From Octopus vulgaris (taxonomy: Eukaryota): a stretch of 64,000 nucleotides of DNA. The position numbers and the translations under genes are program-made. Below the pieces are notes generated by a model, which worked only from the letters and a program-made list of their open reading frames with translations, did no database searches and had not been told where the DNA came from. Of this stretch, positions 50,229-63,883 are shown piece after piece (position 1 is the first letter of the stretch; the number at the start of each line of letters is the position of its first letter). Where the stretch lies: NCBI GenBank assembly GCA_951406725.2, contig OX597817.1, positions 98,704,001-98,768,000 of the forward strand. Direction: 5' to 3'.

Positions 50229-50889
50229 CTCTAGAGTAATATGACCTCAGACAAAATTTCAGTTGGAACCCAAAAATAATAAAGCTGAGGCAAAGAGAGC
50301 ATCCAAGGAAGTGTAAATGGCTGTAGAAACAAGTTTTTAAAAATAAATAAGAATGGAATATTGTGATGCAATATATTAAGAACTAGGGGAGGAGAAAGAA
50401 GATACCTTTTCATGGTGTGGTACAAAACCTGGTTGAGGTATTGGAGATTAGGCTTAGTAAAGTCATGGCTAAGTGGTTAACAGAATCACATGATTAGAAG
50501 TTTGATCCCATTACGTGGCTGTTGTCAGCTGGTATACTGTACTACAGCTACAGGTTGATCAATATTTTGTAGATGGAAAGCCAGATGCGCGTGTGTGTGT
50601 GTGTGTGTTTTCATGACTCAGTGCATGTTCACTTTATGTTGATAAAAAGCATATCCAGGCTTCTTTGCCATTCTCTGCATTGTATGAGAAACTGAGAGAA
50701 TTATTACCTTGCTTGGAAGCAGATGATGTGTTGGTGTCTAGTCATAGAAAATTCTGTCTCAACAAAATCTCATGTAAGAATGTAAAATTAGCTGTTAAAA
50801 TGATGATGACACTAAATACCCATGTGTGTATATGAAAACGTGTGTGAACGAACACACACACACACACACACACAAAAACAATTACTTAC

Positions 50890-51070
50890 CCGGTTTTAAG
50901 TGTAACATATTTATCGGGTATAAGGCCTTCTTTGCCATTAAAACAACCTTCCCACCAGTCACTGGAGACTTGCTTGAATATCACCAATGTATTGCCTTTC
51001 TTGAAAGACAGTTCCCTTTCCGTCCGACCTTCAAAGTCGTAGAGTGCAGTTGCTTCAAACAGATCATTAT
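50890..51070 (-). CDS. SRGAP: SH3-domain exon of the srGAP-like gene (181 bp, phase 1 to phase 2)
   Basis: TTATTTACAG acceptor and GTAAGT donor; translates to NDLFEATALYDFEGRTERELSFKKGNTLVIFKQVSSDWWEGCFNGKEGLIPDKYVTLKT, with the SH3 motifs ALYDF, ELSFKKG, WWEG, GLIP. Confidence 0.92.
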
Positions 51071-51550
51071 CTGTAAATAAAAATTTAAAGTTAAATGTTT
51101 AAGTCTGAGATGAGTAGTTTATTAATGAAGTTACTGGTTTATTTTATTGACAATTAATTTCATTTTTAGAGAGGCTTTTTAAAAAAAATATTTACATGAA
51201 CACTACATTTTGATATTTAATTATCCCAAAGTGTCTTATTTTTGGATCTGTACATTGTACCAGATTGAATTTGATTGAGAAACAACACAAAGGGAAATAC
51301 TGTTCTTATTTCATGATGCATGTACAATAAAGGTTTCTTGTGTGAATCTAGATCAGGATCAAACCAGCTGAAGGATGGTGTAGATGTAAATATTAGATAT
51401 ATTTTATTTCTTACAGCCCACAAAACTATGATCTTATTAAAAAGTATTATTTGAAAAAAATTAGCACTGAGTGAATAAATAAACAATACACGTCAGAAAT
51501 ATTAATATTGCAATGAATCCATATAACAAATGATTTTAAGTTATTATCAT

Positions 51551-51735
51551 TAAGGTGGTGAGCTGGCAGAATTGTTAGCCTGTTGGGCAAAATGTTCAGC
51601 GGCATTTCATCTGTCTTTATGTTCTGAGTTCAAATTCCGCCAAATTACGTACCAGTAAGACACTGAGGTTGATGTTATCGATTAGTCCTCTCCCCCAAAA
51701 TTTCAGGTCTTGTGCCTTTAGTAGAAAGGATTATT
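51551..51735 (+). mobile_element. SINE of a further family (related fragment at 42692-42800)
   Basis: AAGGTGGTGAGCTGGCAGAATTGTTAGC...GAGTTCAAATTCCGCC...AGTAGAAAGGATTATT. Confidence 0.7.
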
Positions 51736-51884
51736 AGTTTTATTATGCTATATTGCTGTCATCATTATCATCATCATCATACAATATTATTGTTGTTGAT
51801 ATTGCCCAAAATTACTCATTTTTACCTAACACATGTAGTTGGCTGTTGAATATATATAACATATATATTATATATATTTTTATT

Positions 51885-52058
51885 CTTTTACTTATTTCAG
51901 TCATCTGACTGTAGCCATGCTGGAGCACCACCTTTACAAACCGACCCCGGTACTTATTCTATCCGTCTCTTTTTGCTGAACAGCTAAGTTATGGGGATGT
52001 AAACACACCAACATCGGTTGTCAAGCGATGGTGAGGGGACAAACACAGATGCACACTC

Positions 52059-52101
<43 letters not shown>

Positions 52102-52263
52102 GACAGGCTTCTTTCAGTTTCCGTCTACCAAATCCACCCACAAGGCTTTGGTCAGTCTGAGAATATAGTAGAAGACACTTGCCCAAGGTGCCATGCAGTG
52201 GGACTGTACCCAGAACCATGTGGTTGGGAAGCAAACTTCATACTACACAGCCACTCATGTGCC
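51885..52263 (-). mobile_element. SINE, same family as 42925-43332
   Basis: Shared head, body and tail motifs. Confidence 0.85.
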
Positions 52264-53404
52264 TATATATATAATTTTGTTATTTATATATTTGTACACA
52301 AATATTTTAAGATTGGTATATTGTTGAAGTGCAATGTATCAATGTTAATAAAATCTTTTTATAAGCTACAGAAATTCCTGGAAACAACAATAATCATTTT
52401 TAACCAGTTACTAATAATTACAAGAAAAGGGTGAAAAACACTAAACAAGGCTGAAATAGAAACTATCTGAAGTATTCTGATTTGAAACACATTTACATAG
52501 CTGTATGAGCTAGTTACCTAAAACTGGATGAGAGAACCCAATTGTATATAATATTTAGCTGAGTGGGTTTATGGTTCTATATTAACCAACTAATTACTCA
52601 TCAGCCCATTTGACATTAATATGTGGAAGAAGGGAAAAGAAAAGGAGAATGTAAAACAAATTCAAAGAGATGATAAAAGTGAGTAAATAAGCAGCCTGGT
52701 TAAGATACCTTTACTTGCATTGAGAAAAAAAAAAAAAAATATTATTAGTATATATAAATAGACTAAGTTTTAAAAAATTGTAAAAGATACATATTTTGGT
52801 ATACAATTTTACTCTAAAAATCATTAATGGTTTCAAGTTATTTGTAAAAGTGAGAGATTGTAACTAAAAATATCTAGGATACTGTATAATAGTATAAGAA
52901 GAATATACTTTAATAAAACCTCTACTTAATTATTATAATTATTACAAATTGTCATTATTGTTATTATTATTATTATAAAAGAAGTCATTATTATAACTTT
53001 AAAAATAAGAATTTAATGTAAAGTGCGAGGAATGAATAACACACATTATGAATACATACATTAAAATACATACATGAATACATACATTAGAACTTGCTAA
53101 TGTAAAATGTAGCAGTATTAAGCTAAAACATGACTAATAGCAAACACTGACCCTTACCCCACAAAAAAAAAACATTCAAGTATAATCTGTTTATTTTATA
53201 CTCTAACAAATTAAGGTACTGACCTGTAACATATAGACTATAACAACCAATGAGTTAGTTAGTGACAACAGACCAAATAAATTATTTTCTGCGTAAGTCA
53301 TCTCATAAATAAGTGTTTTTTTTTCAATTGCATGAACTAAAAGTTGGAGATGGGTGGGATAAACTGTTGGTATAAATTTGCTATAAAAGTAGGTAGTAAT
53401 TTTA

Positions 53405-54519
53405 TGGAGAGTGCAATTCAATTATAAGTTATTTTTTCAAAGATGAGACAAAGGAGCATATCTGGCATATTTTGCTTTATGAGTTCAATAAAGGCAACAA
53501 TGCAAATGGAAAGTGTAAGGAATATTAATGTAGTATATAGGAATCAGATAATAAACATAAGCCAGTGTCAATGGTGGTTCCAGAAATTCCGAGCCAGAAA
53601 CAACAGCCAAAAAGGTGAGCCTTGTCCTGGAACATCTGTAGAATTCAATGAGAATGTCCTGCAAACTCTGGTGGAACAAAATCCCATCGTAACTGTTGAG
53701 GAACTAACAGAGAAGCTTGGATTTGGTCATTCAACCATTCATCGACATCTGCGTACCATTGGAAAAGTGAGCAAATTGGATTGATGGATTCTTCACAAAA
53801 TTTTCGAATCTAATTGCAAGCAGAGAGTGAATGTGTGCTCTTCTTTGCTGTCACGTCTCACAAATGAACCTTTTTTTGGACTGAATAGTGACTGGTGACA
53901 AGAAAAGGGTTCTCTATAAAAATGTCAAGTGCCAAAGATAGCGGGTAGAGAAAGAAGAAACACTGACACCCCAGGCTAAAGAAGGTCTCCACCCACATAA
54001 GATGTTATCTGCTTTGGTGGGATATGAAAGGTTTAGTCCACTTTGAACTTTTAAACCCAAACCAAATGATAACAAAGGAGATCTACTGTGAGCAGTTTGA
54101 GCAGCTTAAGTCCGCACTAGAAGGAAAATGACCATCTTTGGTTTCAAGATGAAAAGTGTTCTTCCATCAGGATAATGCTTGGCCACACAGCGAGGATGAC
54201 ATTCCAAAGGCTGGAGCAGTTTGAATGGGAAATGATGCCCCACCCACCATATTCACCAGACATTACCCCATCTGATTATCATTTATTCCACAGTCTTTAA
54301 AATCATTTGGATGGAAAAAATATGAATTCTGTAGACGAGGTCAGAACAGTACTGGAGGAATATTTTTCATTGCAGATAGGTGTATTTTGGAAGAGGGGCT
54401 TTGCAAGTCTACCAGATAGATGGAAGAGCATTGTAGAAAATGAAGGAGAGTATTTCATCTTAATTTTGAAAAATAAAAGAAGTATAAAAAAAACGTATTA
54501 TTTATGGCATGACCCAATA
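53405..54519 (+). mobile_element. Near full-length decayed mariner transposon
   Basis: WFQKFRA, IVTGD, HQDNA, HPPYSPDITPSDYHLF, LPDRWKSIVENEGEYF; right TIR TTATTTATGGCATGACCCAATA. Confidence 0.9.
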
Positions 54520-54701
54520 CATGAAATACATTTGTTATTGAAGGGTATTTGATAAAATTTTGCAACAAATTTAAACATTAGGACAACTAATCTGATATAT
54601 ATATATAAATAAATAAATGTAAGGATAAGCAAGTTAGGCAAGTTGATATACAAAGAATATTTAATATATTAAATATAAAAAATGCAAAAAACATATATAC
54701 G

Positions 54702-55026
54702 TTTAGATAAAAAAAAGATCCAACTTACACAGAATAGAAATGATATTAAGAATTAGAGGGGTTGAAAAAATGTGTTGCAAATCCAAAAGCTGTTTGTGTG
54801 GGCTTGGTGGTCCAAAACAATGATTGTAAATGAATTCCATCTTCAGATGAGATGAGCCTTCATCTTCAGGGAAGAAATCTTACATTTGAGGTGTTGACAG
54901 TAAGGAGATTAAAGATGGATCACTGAGCCCAGAAGCAGCTGTTGGATTTGTGACACTTTTCTTCAACCCCTTTAATTCTTGAAATCATTTGTATTCTCTG
55001 TAAGTTTGACCTTTTTATATCTAAAC
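54702..55026. repeat. Small element with diverged inverted repeats of about 95 bp
   Basis: 54702-54792 is inverted at about 54937-55026. Confidence 0.6.
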
Positions 55027-55092
55027 AATATATATATATATATATATACAGAGAATATCTGATTTGTATCTATGAACTATATATATATATAT

Positions 55093-56262
55093 CAGGTTGT
55101 GTAAAAAGCAAGCAACGGTTTGAACCATGAAGAATTTGTACTGGATTTCCCAGAGTTTTGAATCTTTTTAAACATCTTTTTGCAATTGTCTGATATTACA
55201 GACATAGACTTGCCCAAAATAGATCAATAAATACACATTGCTATTTTTTCATCATTGGTACAATAATCTGAAATGGAACTGTCAAAGCAATTTTGCTATT
55301 CAACTTCAAAAAAGGATGTAAAGCAGCTGAAACAGCTTGCGATATCAATGAAACATTTGGTAAGGAAATGATCAGCTCGAAATGGTTTAAACAATTTTGC
55401 AGTGGAGACCTGAGCCTTGAAGATTGTGAGCGTAGTGGACGCCCATCTGCCATTAATGATGGTCAATTAAAGACCGTCACTGAAAAAGATCCACGTAAAA
55501 TCACTCAGGAACTGGCAAAAGAACATTTTGCAACAAATTTAAACATTAGGACAACTAATCCGATATATATATATATATATAAATAAATGTAAGGATAAGC
55601 AAGTTGATATACAAAGAATATTTAATATATTAAATACAAAAAATACAAAAAACATATATGCGTTTAGATAAACATACAAATGGTTGCAGGCAGAAAACTG
55701 CCTGCAACCATTTGTATGTGATTGGAAAATCAGAAAATCTCAACAAATGAAAATCAGAAAATGCACAGATATGAAATTTGCTCGTTTCCATAACCAGACC
55801 GATCCATTTCTCGACCATATAGTAACTTGTGATGAAAAGTGGATTCTGTACAATAATAAAAAATGCTCATCACAGTGGTTGGACCAAAATGAAGCTTATG
55901 GTGACTGTTTAGTGGTGTACTGCTGGACTCATCTACTATAACTTCCTAAAACCTGGAAAAACCATTACTGCAGAAACATATTGCCATGAAATTGCCAAAA
56001 TGAATGAAAAACTGCTACTCCTCTGTCCCAGACTGGTTAACAGAAGAGGGCCAATCATTCTTCATGACAATGCTTGACCACACATTTCACTAGTTGAGGA
56101 AACTTGGCTACGAAGTTCTTCCCCACCCAGCTTACTCCACAGACCTTTCTCCTACCGACTACCACTTTTTCAAGCACTTTGATGGTTTCCTGTGAGAGAA
56201 GGAGTTAAAAAATCAAACTGACGCTGAAAGTGCATTCAAAGTTCATCAGTTCCAGAACTCAT
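55093..56262 (+). mobile_element. Decayed mariner element (second family)
   Basis: FKKGCKAAETACDIN, LEDCERSGRP, FLDHIVTCDEKWILYNN, LHDNA, HPAYSTDLSPTDYHFF. Confidence 0.88.
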
Positions 56263-56749
56263 TGTGATGAATTTCATGTCACTGAAAGGCTCTGAAACAC
56301 TGCAGCCTAAAGAAAATGGATTTTTCGTAATTAGTAATTAAAAAGATATAATTTGCCTATCTGTCTTTCATACTTTTCCCCACTCTCTATATATTTACCA
56401 CACTCTCTCACTCTTTCTCTGTGTATGTCTATCTCTCATGCTGAGTGTGTGTATGTTTGAATGTGTCAGAGTGTGTATGCATGTGAATAAGGAATTTCAT
56501 TAGGGCCATAGCTGAAAGACCCACACAACGCACCAGCAGTGAACTCAAGAGAAGGAATAGATTTGATGGTATGCAAACACAAGTCTCTGTTACATGGTTT
56601 CAGGTGTCACCCAAACATAGAATGCATTGATTAGATGATAAGCACACAAGAGCCTCCATCACAGATTCAGGAGATGACGTCCTATTTCAATTTTAATGAC
56701 TTTCATTTCCAGTGAGATTAATTTTAGATGAGAATACAGTCACAATGGA

Positions 56750-57715
56750 ACTTCAAAATGAATGCACAGATCAGAAGGTAACTTGTGAGGGTTTTTTAAT
56801 TGTTACTTCCCTTGCATTGACGCTATTTTTGCCAAAATTTGTGTTTACCATAGATTAATTTACATTATGTGAGAATGTTCATGCATACCCATATTTATAA
56901 ATATATGTATCCAGCATGTGCTTCGTTCATATTTAAGCATGTGCATCTTATTTATGGGGTTTCCATATATTTTAAATACCAGTATGAGCTCAAGTGAGTG
57001 TATGTCTGTAATGCATATTGTGCATATAAAGAATATCCAAAAATATATCAAAGTTGGATAGGTGGCAAGGGAAGTAAGAGTTCATGCTTAAAATTTTGGA
57101 ATTTAAATTGTTGTTTGTGCATGCAAGGGGAGAATGTTTCTTCCCTAATCTTCAAAATGTTCACTTGATGTTATGATGTTTAATTTCGCAAGATACAAAT
57201 GTTGCTTCTGCTACATTGTCCACTATATTTGCACACCTTAGCTATGATGTTCCAATTTATATATAGGTTGTCTATGCTCCTCTCTTTGAGAGTCCATACC
57301 ATATTAGATAAAGATGTAACATGTCTTTTGTTCTTATCTCTCAATGAAGCTAAGTGCTGCATGTGTCTTTCCTTGTTGGAATTCTAAACTGCACAGATAT
57401 GTATAACATATTCATGACATCACACTATCACAAACATATGTGTATGAACTTTCAAAAATTTTTTAATGAACTTCATGGACTAATTTACATTCAGTCTGTG
57501 GAAATCCCAAAATAATAAGATGCACATGCTCAAACATAAGCTAAATGTGTGCAGGATACATATATTTATAATTTTAGGTGTGCATGAACACTCTTGCATA
57601 ATGTAATGGTGAACACAAATTCTTACAAATATCCAGGGCCAATGCAAGGGAAATAACAATTAGGAAATCCTTACAAGTTACCCCACTCACTGATCTGTGT
57701 ACTTATTTTGAAGTT
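56750..57715 (-). mobile_element. Old Penelope-like remnant with inverted pLTR arms around a GIY-YIG fragment
   Basis: About 56765-56970 is inverted at 57495-57700; the spacer reads KRHVTSLSNMVWTLKE...INWNIIAK on the minus strand. Confidence 0.65.
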
Positions 57716-57919
57716 TCATATAGTCTTGTCCAGCCCATTATTCTCAACCAAAACAGAGGCAATTATCAGCATTCTTAAGTGGATCACTTTAAAGACTGTA
57801 GAAATCTATTCCACATAAAATCACTGGTTTCATTGTTAATTCACAAATAAAGAATATTCATCCAACAAATGTGATGCTGAGCATTTATTCTCACTGTCTG
57901 ATACAATCATGTATATTTT

Positions 57920-58692
57920 TCTTTTGCTTGTTTCAGTCATTAGACTGCAGCCATGCTGGGGTATTACCTTGAATAATTTCTAGTTGTATGGATCACCTCC
58001 AGCATTTATTTTTTTAAAGCCTGGTACTTATTCTGCTAGCCTCTTTTGTTGAACCACTAAGTCATGGGGACATAAACATACCAACACTAGTTGTCATGCA
58101 ATGAGGGTGGTGTGAGACAAACACAGACACAAAGATACACACACATATGATGGTCTTTTTTCAGTTTCTGTCTATCAAATCCACTCACAAGGCTAAAAGG
58201 TGCTATACTGTAGGACTGAACTTGGAACCATGTGGTTAAGAAGCAAGCTTGTTACCACACAGCCATGCCTGAACCTATATACATGTTTCTTTTTTCACTT
58301 GTTTCAGTCATTAGACTGCAGTCATACCAGGACACTGCCTTGAAGAATTTCCAGTTGAATGGGTCGCACCCAGTACTTATTCTATTAAAGCTTTGTAATT
58401 TTTCTGCCAGCCTCTTTTGCTGAACCACTAAGTTATGGGGACATAAATACACCAATACTGGTTTGTCAAGCAATAAGGGTGGGGTACGACAAACACAGAC
58501 ACAAAGATACACACACACATATATATATATATATATGATGGGTTTCTTTCAGTTTTTGTCAACCAAATCTACTCACACAGCTTTGGTTGGCTCAAGGCTG
58601 TAGTAGAAGGCACTTGCTCAAGGTGCCACACATAGGGACTGAACCATGTGGTTTGAACAGCAAACTTCCTACCATATAGCCATGCCTGCACC
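57920..58692 (-). mobile_element. Two tandem older SINE copies
   Basis: TTGTTTCAGTCATTAGACTGCAG tails at about 57928 and 58299, each with the family body and head. Confidence 0.8.
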
Positions 58693-58701
58693 TATTAATA
58701 T

Positions 58702-59030
58702 ATCATCATCGTCATCATTATTTAATGTCCTTTTTCCATGTTGGTATGGTTGGACAGTTTGACAGGAGCTGGTAAACCAGAGGATTGTACCAGGCTTTAC
58801 TATCTACTTTGGTATGGCTTTTACTGCTGGATGTCCTTCCTAATGCTAATCACTTTACAGTGTAGCCTGGGTGCTTTTTACATGCACCAGCACCAGTGAG
58901 GTCTGCTTTGGCATGGCTTTTACAGATGGATGTCTTTCCAAATGCCAACCACTTTACAGTGTGGACTGGAGGCCTTTTACATAGCACCAGCAGTGGTGGG
59001 GTCATCAATTAATTTGCAAGACAAAGATCC
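58702..59030 (-). mobile_element. Diverged RTE 3' tail fragment
   Basis: (CAT)n-TTTAATGTCC...GGATGTCCTTCCTAATGC motifs. Confidence 0.65.
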
Positions 59031-60224
59031 TTTGAGAGGGGTGCACTGGAGGAGGAGGTAGCCCTGTACTAGGTGATGAGAAGTTGGAGTGTGACAGAGG
59101 GACAGAAGCAAGTGTCTTGCTGTGGAGGAGATACATGGTTACACCAGTTAAAGTGAGAGAGAGAGAGAGAGAGTGTGTGTGTGTGAGAAGAGTGCAAAGG
59201 TGAGAGAGAGCCAGAACATACTTTCAAGGTAAGGGAATGAGAATATAAATGAGTTGGTAGAGTATTACCAAGGGTGCATGAATAGTGAGCAGGGAGTTCG
59301 CATGAATATAGTGACTATTGAAACCTGGGTATATAGAAGAGGAGTGATGACAAGATAGTAATGATACAGTGGGTAGGGTAGCGATGACAAGAGCAGGGAG
59401 CGAGAGATAAGCATAGTACATGACAAAGAGGAAATGTGAGAAAGAGAAGAGATGTAGTTTTGTTTATTTATTTTTTTGCTTGTCACTTTGCCCTATTAAA
59501 ACTGAAGTCATTCTACGAAGTTTTATTATCTCAAGCAAATTTATTTTTACCTCTGAACAAACCAGACAAGTTCACTGTTTATCTGCTATCTGAATCTTTC
59601 TCTCTGTTTCTCTCCCTAGTCTCCCCTTCATTCAGTTGCTTTACCATCACTATCATTTTTAAAGTTAGTAAGTAAATTTTCATCTGCTGTTTGCCAATGC
59701 CATTCTCACAAATCATAATTTTAATCAATTATCCCAATTATTATTTGTATCCATTTGCTATTTTAGCTGTCCTTAGTACACATCATGCTTTGTTCAATAT
59801 GATGCATCCAACCAGCCTCTCTTTCAGCCACCTATTATAATGACTGTGTTGCCCTCCCTAAGCAAATCATGTAATGGAATGAGCAAGTTCTGAGATCTTA
59901 TATGAAAAACACTCACCTTCATGCATACAAATGGAGGGTCCCTTGCACTTGCATTCATACATGTGATCTCCCTATTTTAACATTCATTTAAAATCTAGCT
60001 ACATTTCTCTACATCAAGTGTGAGTGCATGTATGTAACATGTGCATCCCCCAAATGTATCTATGTATCCTTTTCTTCTGTTTCTCCAAAATTAACACTTT
60101 GGGGTAAATTGTGTTGATGAGTGATGGAATAACAAATCATTCAAGAAGTTTTAGCTTCTCAGATTCCTGTTAGAGTTACTACCATTAATACTGGTACAAT
60201 GTAAGGTAAATAGGAGTGCTTATA

Positions 60225-62190
60225 AAAATGCAGGAGTGAAGACGAGTGAATGTTTGCTGAGTGCAAGAGATAAGATGGAGTGGGTTTCAACCAGACTCCT
60301 CATGAGCAAGGAACAGTACAAATTCTTCTAGGTGGGTAATAGCCATGGAGTAGCTGGTGTTGACATATTGTTAGCAGAGAAGTGGATAGGCAAATTAATT
60401 TAAGTAGTTAGAATAGGCAAAAGAATTAAGCTTAAGCTAGTCATAGACAAAACATCATCTACAGTTATGTCTGCAAACACACCACAATCAAGATTGGTGG
60501 GTAAACAGAAAGACTGCTTCATTAATCAATTCTGCTGACTACATCAGCAACAAATGATGATGACCTCATTATTATGGCTAGCAATTTGGATGGACAAGTT
60601 GGGAACACTATGATGGCTTCTTTGTCATGCTATGAGTATCGAATGATGAGAAAGGATCAAGACACCTAGAATTCTGTGATGCAAATGACATTAGTGTATA
60701 AACTTCAGGTAACCAACTAGCCAACCAGCTAATACACAAACCAAGTACACTAGAAAACAGGATAGGCAGACTTATGTAAATGTCAAATCTTTCTCTGAAG
60801 AAGAATGCCCCACAAAATATATATTAGTGACTTGAGTAAGAGTCAGGGCAGGCTTGGAAACAAAAGACAACCTGGAGGCAGAAGACATGAATAAAAGAGT
60901 TGTCAGAGATTTGTAGATTCAGAGAAGTTCTAGTTGATGCTTATGACAAGAAGGAGGGGGAAGCAGAAACTTATAACAGAGGGAAACTGGAAGTTGGGGG
61001 CTACAAGTTAAACTTGGTTCAAGGTCCCAACCAAACTGAAGGTAAAATAGAAATAGAACAGGGGTCGCCAAAGGGGGTTCAAGGGACACCATATGGGCCG
61101 GCAATAAATTACAGAAGGTTAGTGATAGCCAAGGGGTCGATGGGGGTCAGTGTGTGAAAGACCAGCTCACTTTGATGAACTGCTTGAAATACTTAGTCAG
61201 CGCAATGCTCATTCTTCACATTGATGTTGTCAATTTCAATAAAAGACATTCCAGCAATATGATATGTTTTTCACATTTTCTAACCATGGAAACAATTTCA
61301 TAAAAATTGAAAGTTTAATACTGTATACTTGTACGCATAGTTTTATATGTAAAAAGTGTGTCATCTCCAATAGAATTTTTTAATTTGTCATACATGTATA
61401 TTTTAGCTAACATTTTAATTACCAGCATCAGTACCCGGTATGCATTTAAGATATGGTATGGTAGGGTAGTGTATTAAGATATTTTAAATGAAGAGGGTGG
61501 TCAAAGAAGAAGGAGAAGTGGGGTTGATGGTTAAAAAAGTTTGGGAACCCCTGAGATAAAACACTTTGGTAGATGGAGCCTTAGAAGCCAAGAAACAGGC
61601 TTGGGAAGACTGGAAGAAAGGAGGTAACAGAAAGCAATACCAAATATAAAGAAGGAAAGCTAGACACTAGGTAAATTTAGCTGGAGAAGAAACAGAAAAA
61701 AAAGAGGCTTGTACATGGTCTGCAATGTAAAGCTCAGAGGAGTGACATATTCAAGATGGTGTGAAACAGAAAATCGAGATGCTGAGAAGTGTTAATAGAT
61801 TCATTGGTGTATTTGCTGTTACTATTGTTAAAAAGAAAGAGGCAATGTCATACTATTACAAAAAAGCTGTTTAAATAAGGAAAATGCATGAGAGAGGGAA
61901 CACCTAACCCAAGTAGACCCTATGGTACCTATGACAACTAAGATTTAGTTTATAAAGCAATTCAGGATATGAAGGCAAGGAAGGCTGCTGGTTTATGAGA
62001 GTTACAAAGATAATTAAAATGTCTAATGCTAGTCAATCATGTAATACCCATCATATCTGATGATGGGTATATTATTGTCAACTGCTACAAGGATGCTAGA
62101 TAGAAGAAATGACTGCAATCAAGTTGACAGATCAGGTTATAAAAGCTAATGAATCAGTTACACTAAAGAGTCATAATGTAACTTAATAGA
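60225..62190 (+). mobile_element. Very degraded RTE LINE related to the 17507-21787 family
   Basis: ILLAEKWI, LEFCDAND, KKQAWEDWKKGG, IQDMKARKAAG, IIVNCYK remnants. Confidence 0.7.
61059..61553. mobile_element. hAT-type MITE nested in the old RTE
   Basis: TIRs CAGGGGTCGCCAAA / TTTGGGAACCCCTG; imperfect 8-bp TSD AAATAGAA / AGATAAAA with central TA. Confidence 0.65.
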
Positions 62191-62252
62191 TGAGATGAAG
62201 TTTGACATAATCATATGAGTAGAAACTCAACACATTTATTCGGAGTTACATG

Positions 62253-62386
62253 TATGGATCAAAACTGTTTGATTCAAACTCCTTGGTACTCTGGGTTTCA
62301 AGTGTGTCGTTAGTCTTCAGCCATAGGAATACAATAGCCGAAGACTAGTGGCTTGCTTGAAACTCAGAGAACCAAGGAGTTTTGAT

Positions 62387-62392
<6 letters not shown>
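62253..62392. repeat. Fold-back hairpin of about 140 bp
   Basis: AACTCCTTGGTACTCTGGGTTTCAAG...TAGTCTTCAGC pairs with GCCGAAGACTA...CTTGAAACTCAGAGAACCAAGGAGTT. Confidence 0.7.
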
Positions 62393-62434
<42 letters not shown>

Positions 62435-63883
62435 AAAGGTGTGTATATATTCACATATAAAAATTGAAAAAATTATCTGATTAAAATAAGTGATCTAAAA
62501 AAAAATGAGACAAAAACAAAAGGGGTCTTCCAACTTGCTTGTAAACAAATATATATTATTTTGTGTACTTATATTAGAAAATCTTTTGTTGGGCTTTTGG
62601 TTGGAGATAGTAGAACTTTTAGACAATTTCTTTAGTACATGTTTAGTGTAAAACTGTAAAAGTGTTTTTTATGTATATTATGAGGATAGTTTATGGTATA
62701 GGTGGAGAGAGGGGAGTTGGTGAGATATTAACATGTTTAGCTGTTATATATGTGTCTCTATATATTTGTATTTGATATATACATACACAAATATACATAA
62801 AAACATTTGTATACACATACTCATATACTTGTAGTAAAAATGTAGGTGCAGGAATGATAATATTCTTTATTAAATGAACTTGGGAAAATACAGGAAGCCT
62901 AAAAATGATGAAGCTGCAACTGAAATTAAAAAAAAATATAATGCTTTTAGTTTCATTAAAATGTAAAAGTATAACAGCCTCTTTAGATTCCTCTGATGAA
63001 AACTGTATGGAACATCCTATATAATAAAATATGGTGGTGACAGGAGGAGTTGAAACATTTGCATATGATGGAGATGTTACCTATCTTTTAACATTTAAAA
63101 ATGCTTAACTGCTTTTTTCTCATGTTTTTCCAACTGAAGCTGAGCTGACATTTAAACATAAAGAAATATGAGTTAATGAGAGTGGAGGAGAAGTGACTAG
63201 GTTGTACTTTAATTTTCCCAGTAACAATCGAACTGATCCTGTCAGCTTAAAAATAATGTGAGATAAATAGCATGATGGTTTTAGGGAGATTTTCCCATTA
63301 AAAGAAATGAAACTTTATCCCTACTGGCACAAAAGGATTTTGAATCTATGCCTATGTAGTCTGGAAATCGGCTCTTGATACACAGAAACTTCCAATTAAC
63401 AATCATGTCTTTTATAAAGATTGACTAAAAACACCCAACCTGAAAGTGCACAAAATTTAACTCATCTTCAATTTCAGTACACTGAGTATGATCTCAATTA
63501 AACATAAAGATGAGACGATGTTATGAGAGGGGGAAAATGGCCCATCAAATTTTAGGATATTACCTTCATGCTGTTCAAAGGCACCCTAGCCTTCCCTTTA
63601 ATCTTTTCCCTACTTCCTTTGATCTGAACTCACCTAAAAGGCATATTAAGTTCATATTACAGTTGCAGCTGCAATACTTTTAAGATGTGAGTTCTGTTTG
63701 TCCTGTACATTTCCAGGTTCAGTTAAGAGTATTACCTCTCTAGTGTGTATATTTTCCCTGCTAATCCCCTCTTTTTACACGCCCAAAATAGTTTTTATTG
63801 AAATATAACTAAAAAAGCATAAAAAATAACAGAATTGAATATAGCAAAATGGTAAATTTTAAAAGCTGAGACAAATTAAGTTA

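Noticed and set aside
59917-59971. Possible small minus-strand exon ending AAG|GTGAGT, phase-compatible with the SH3 exon
   Set aside because: Acceptor lacks a pyrimidine tract and the peptide (GDHMYECKCKGPSICMHE) is not recognisable as srGAP; needs RNA-seq.
62993-63063. CTGATGA...GAAAC hammerhead-like motif
   Set aside because: Short stem II only; no UH triplet or stem I pairing.
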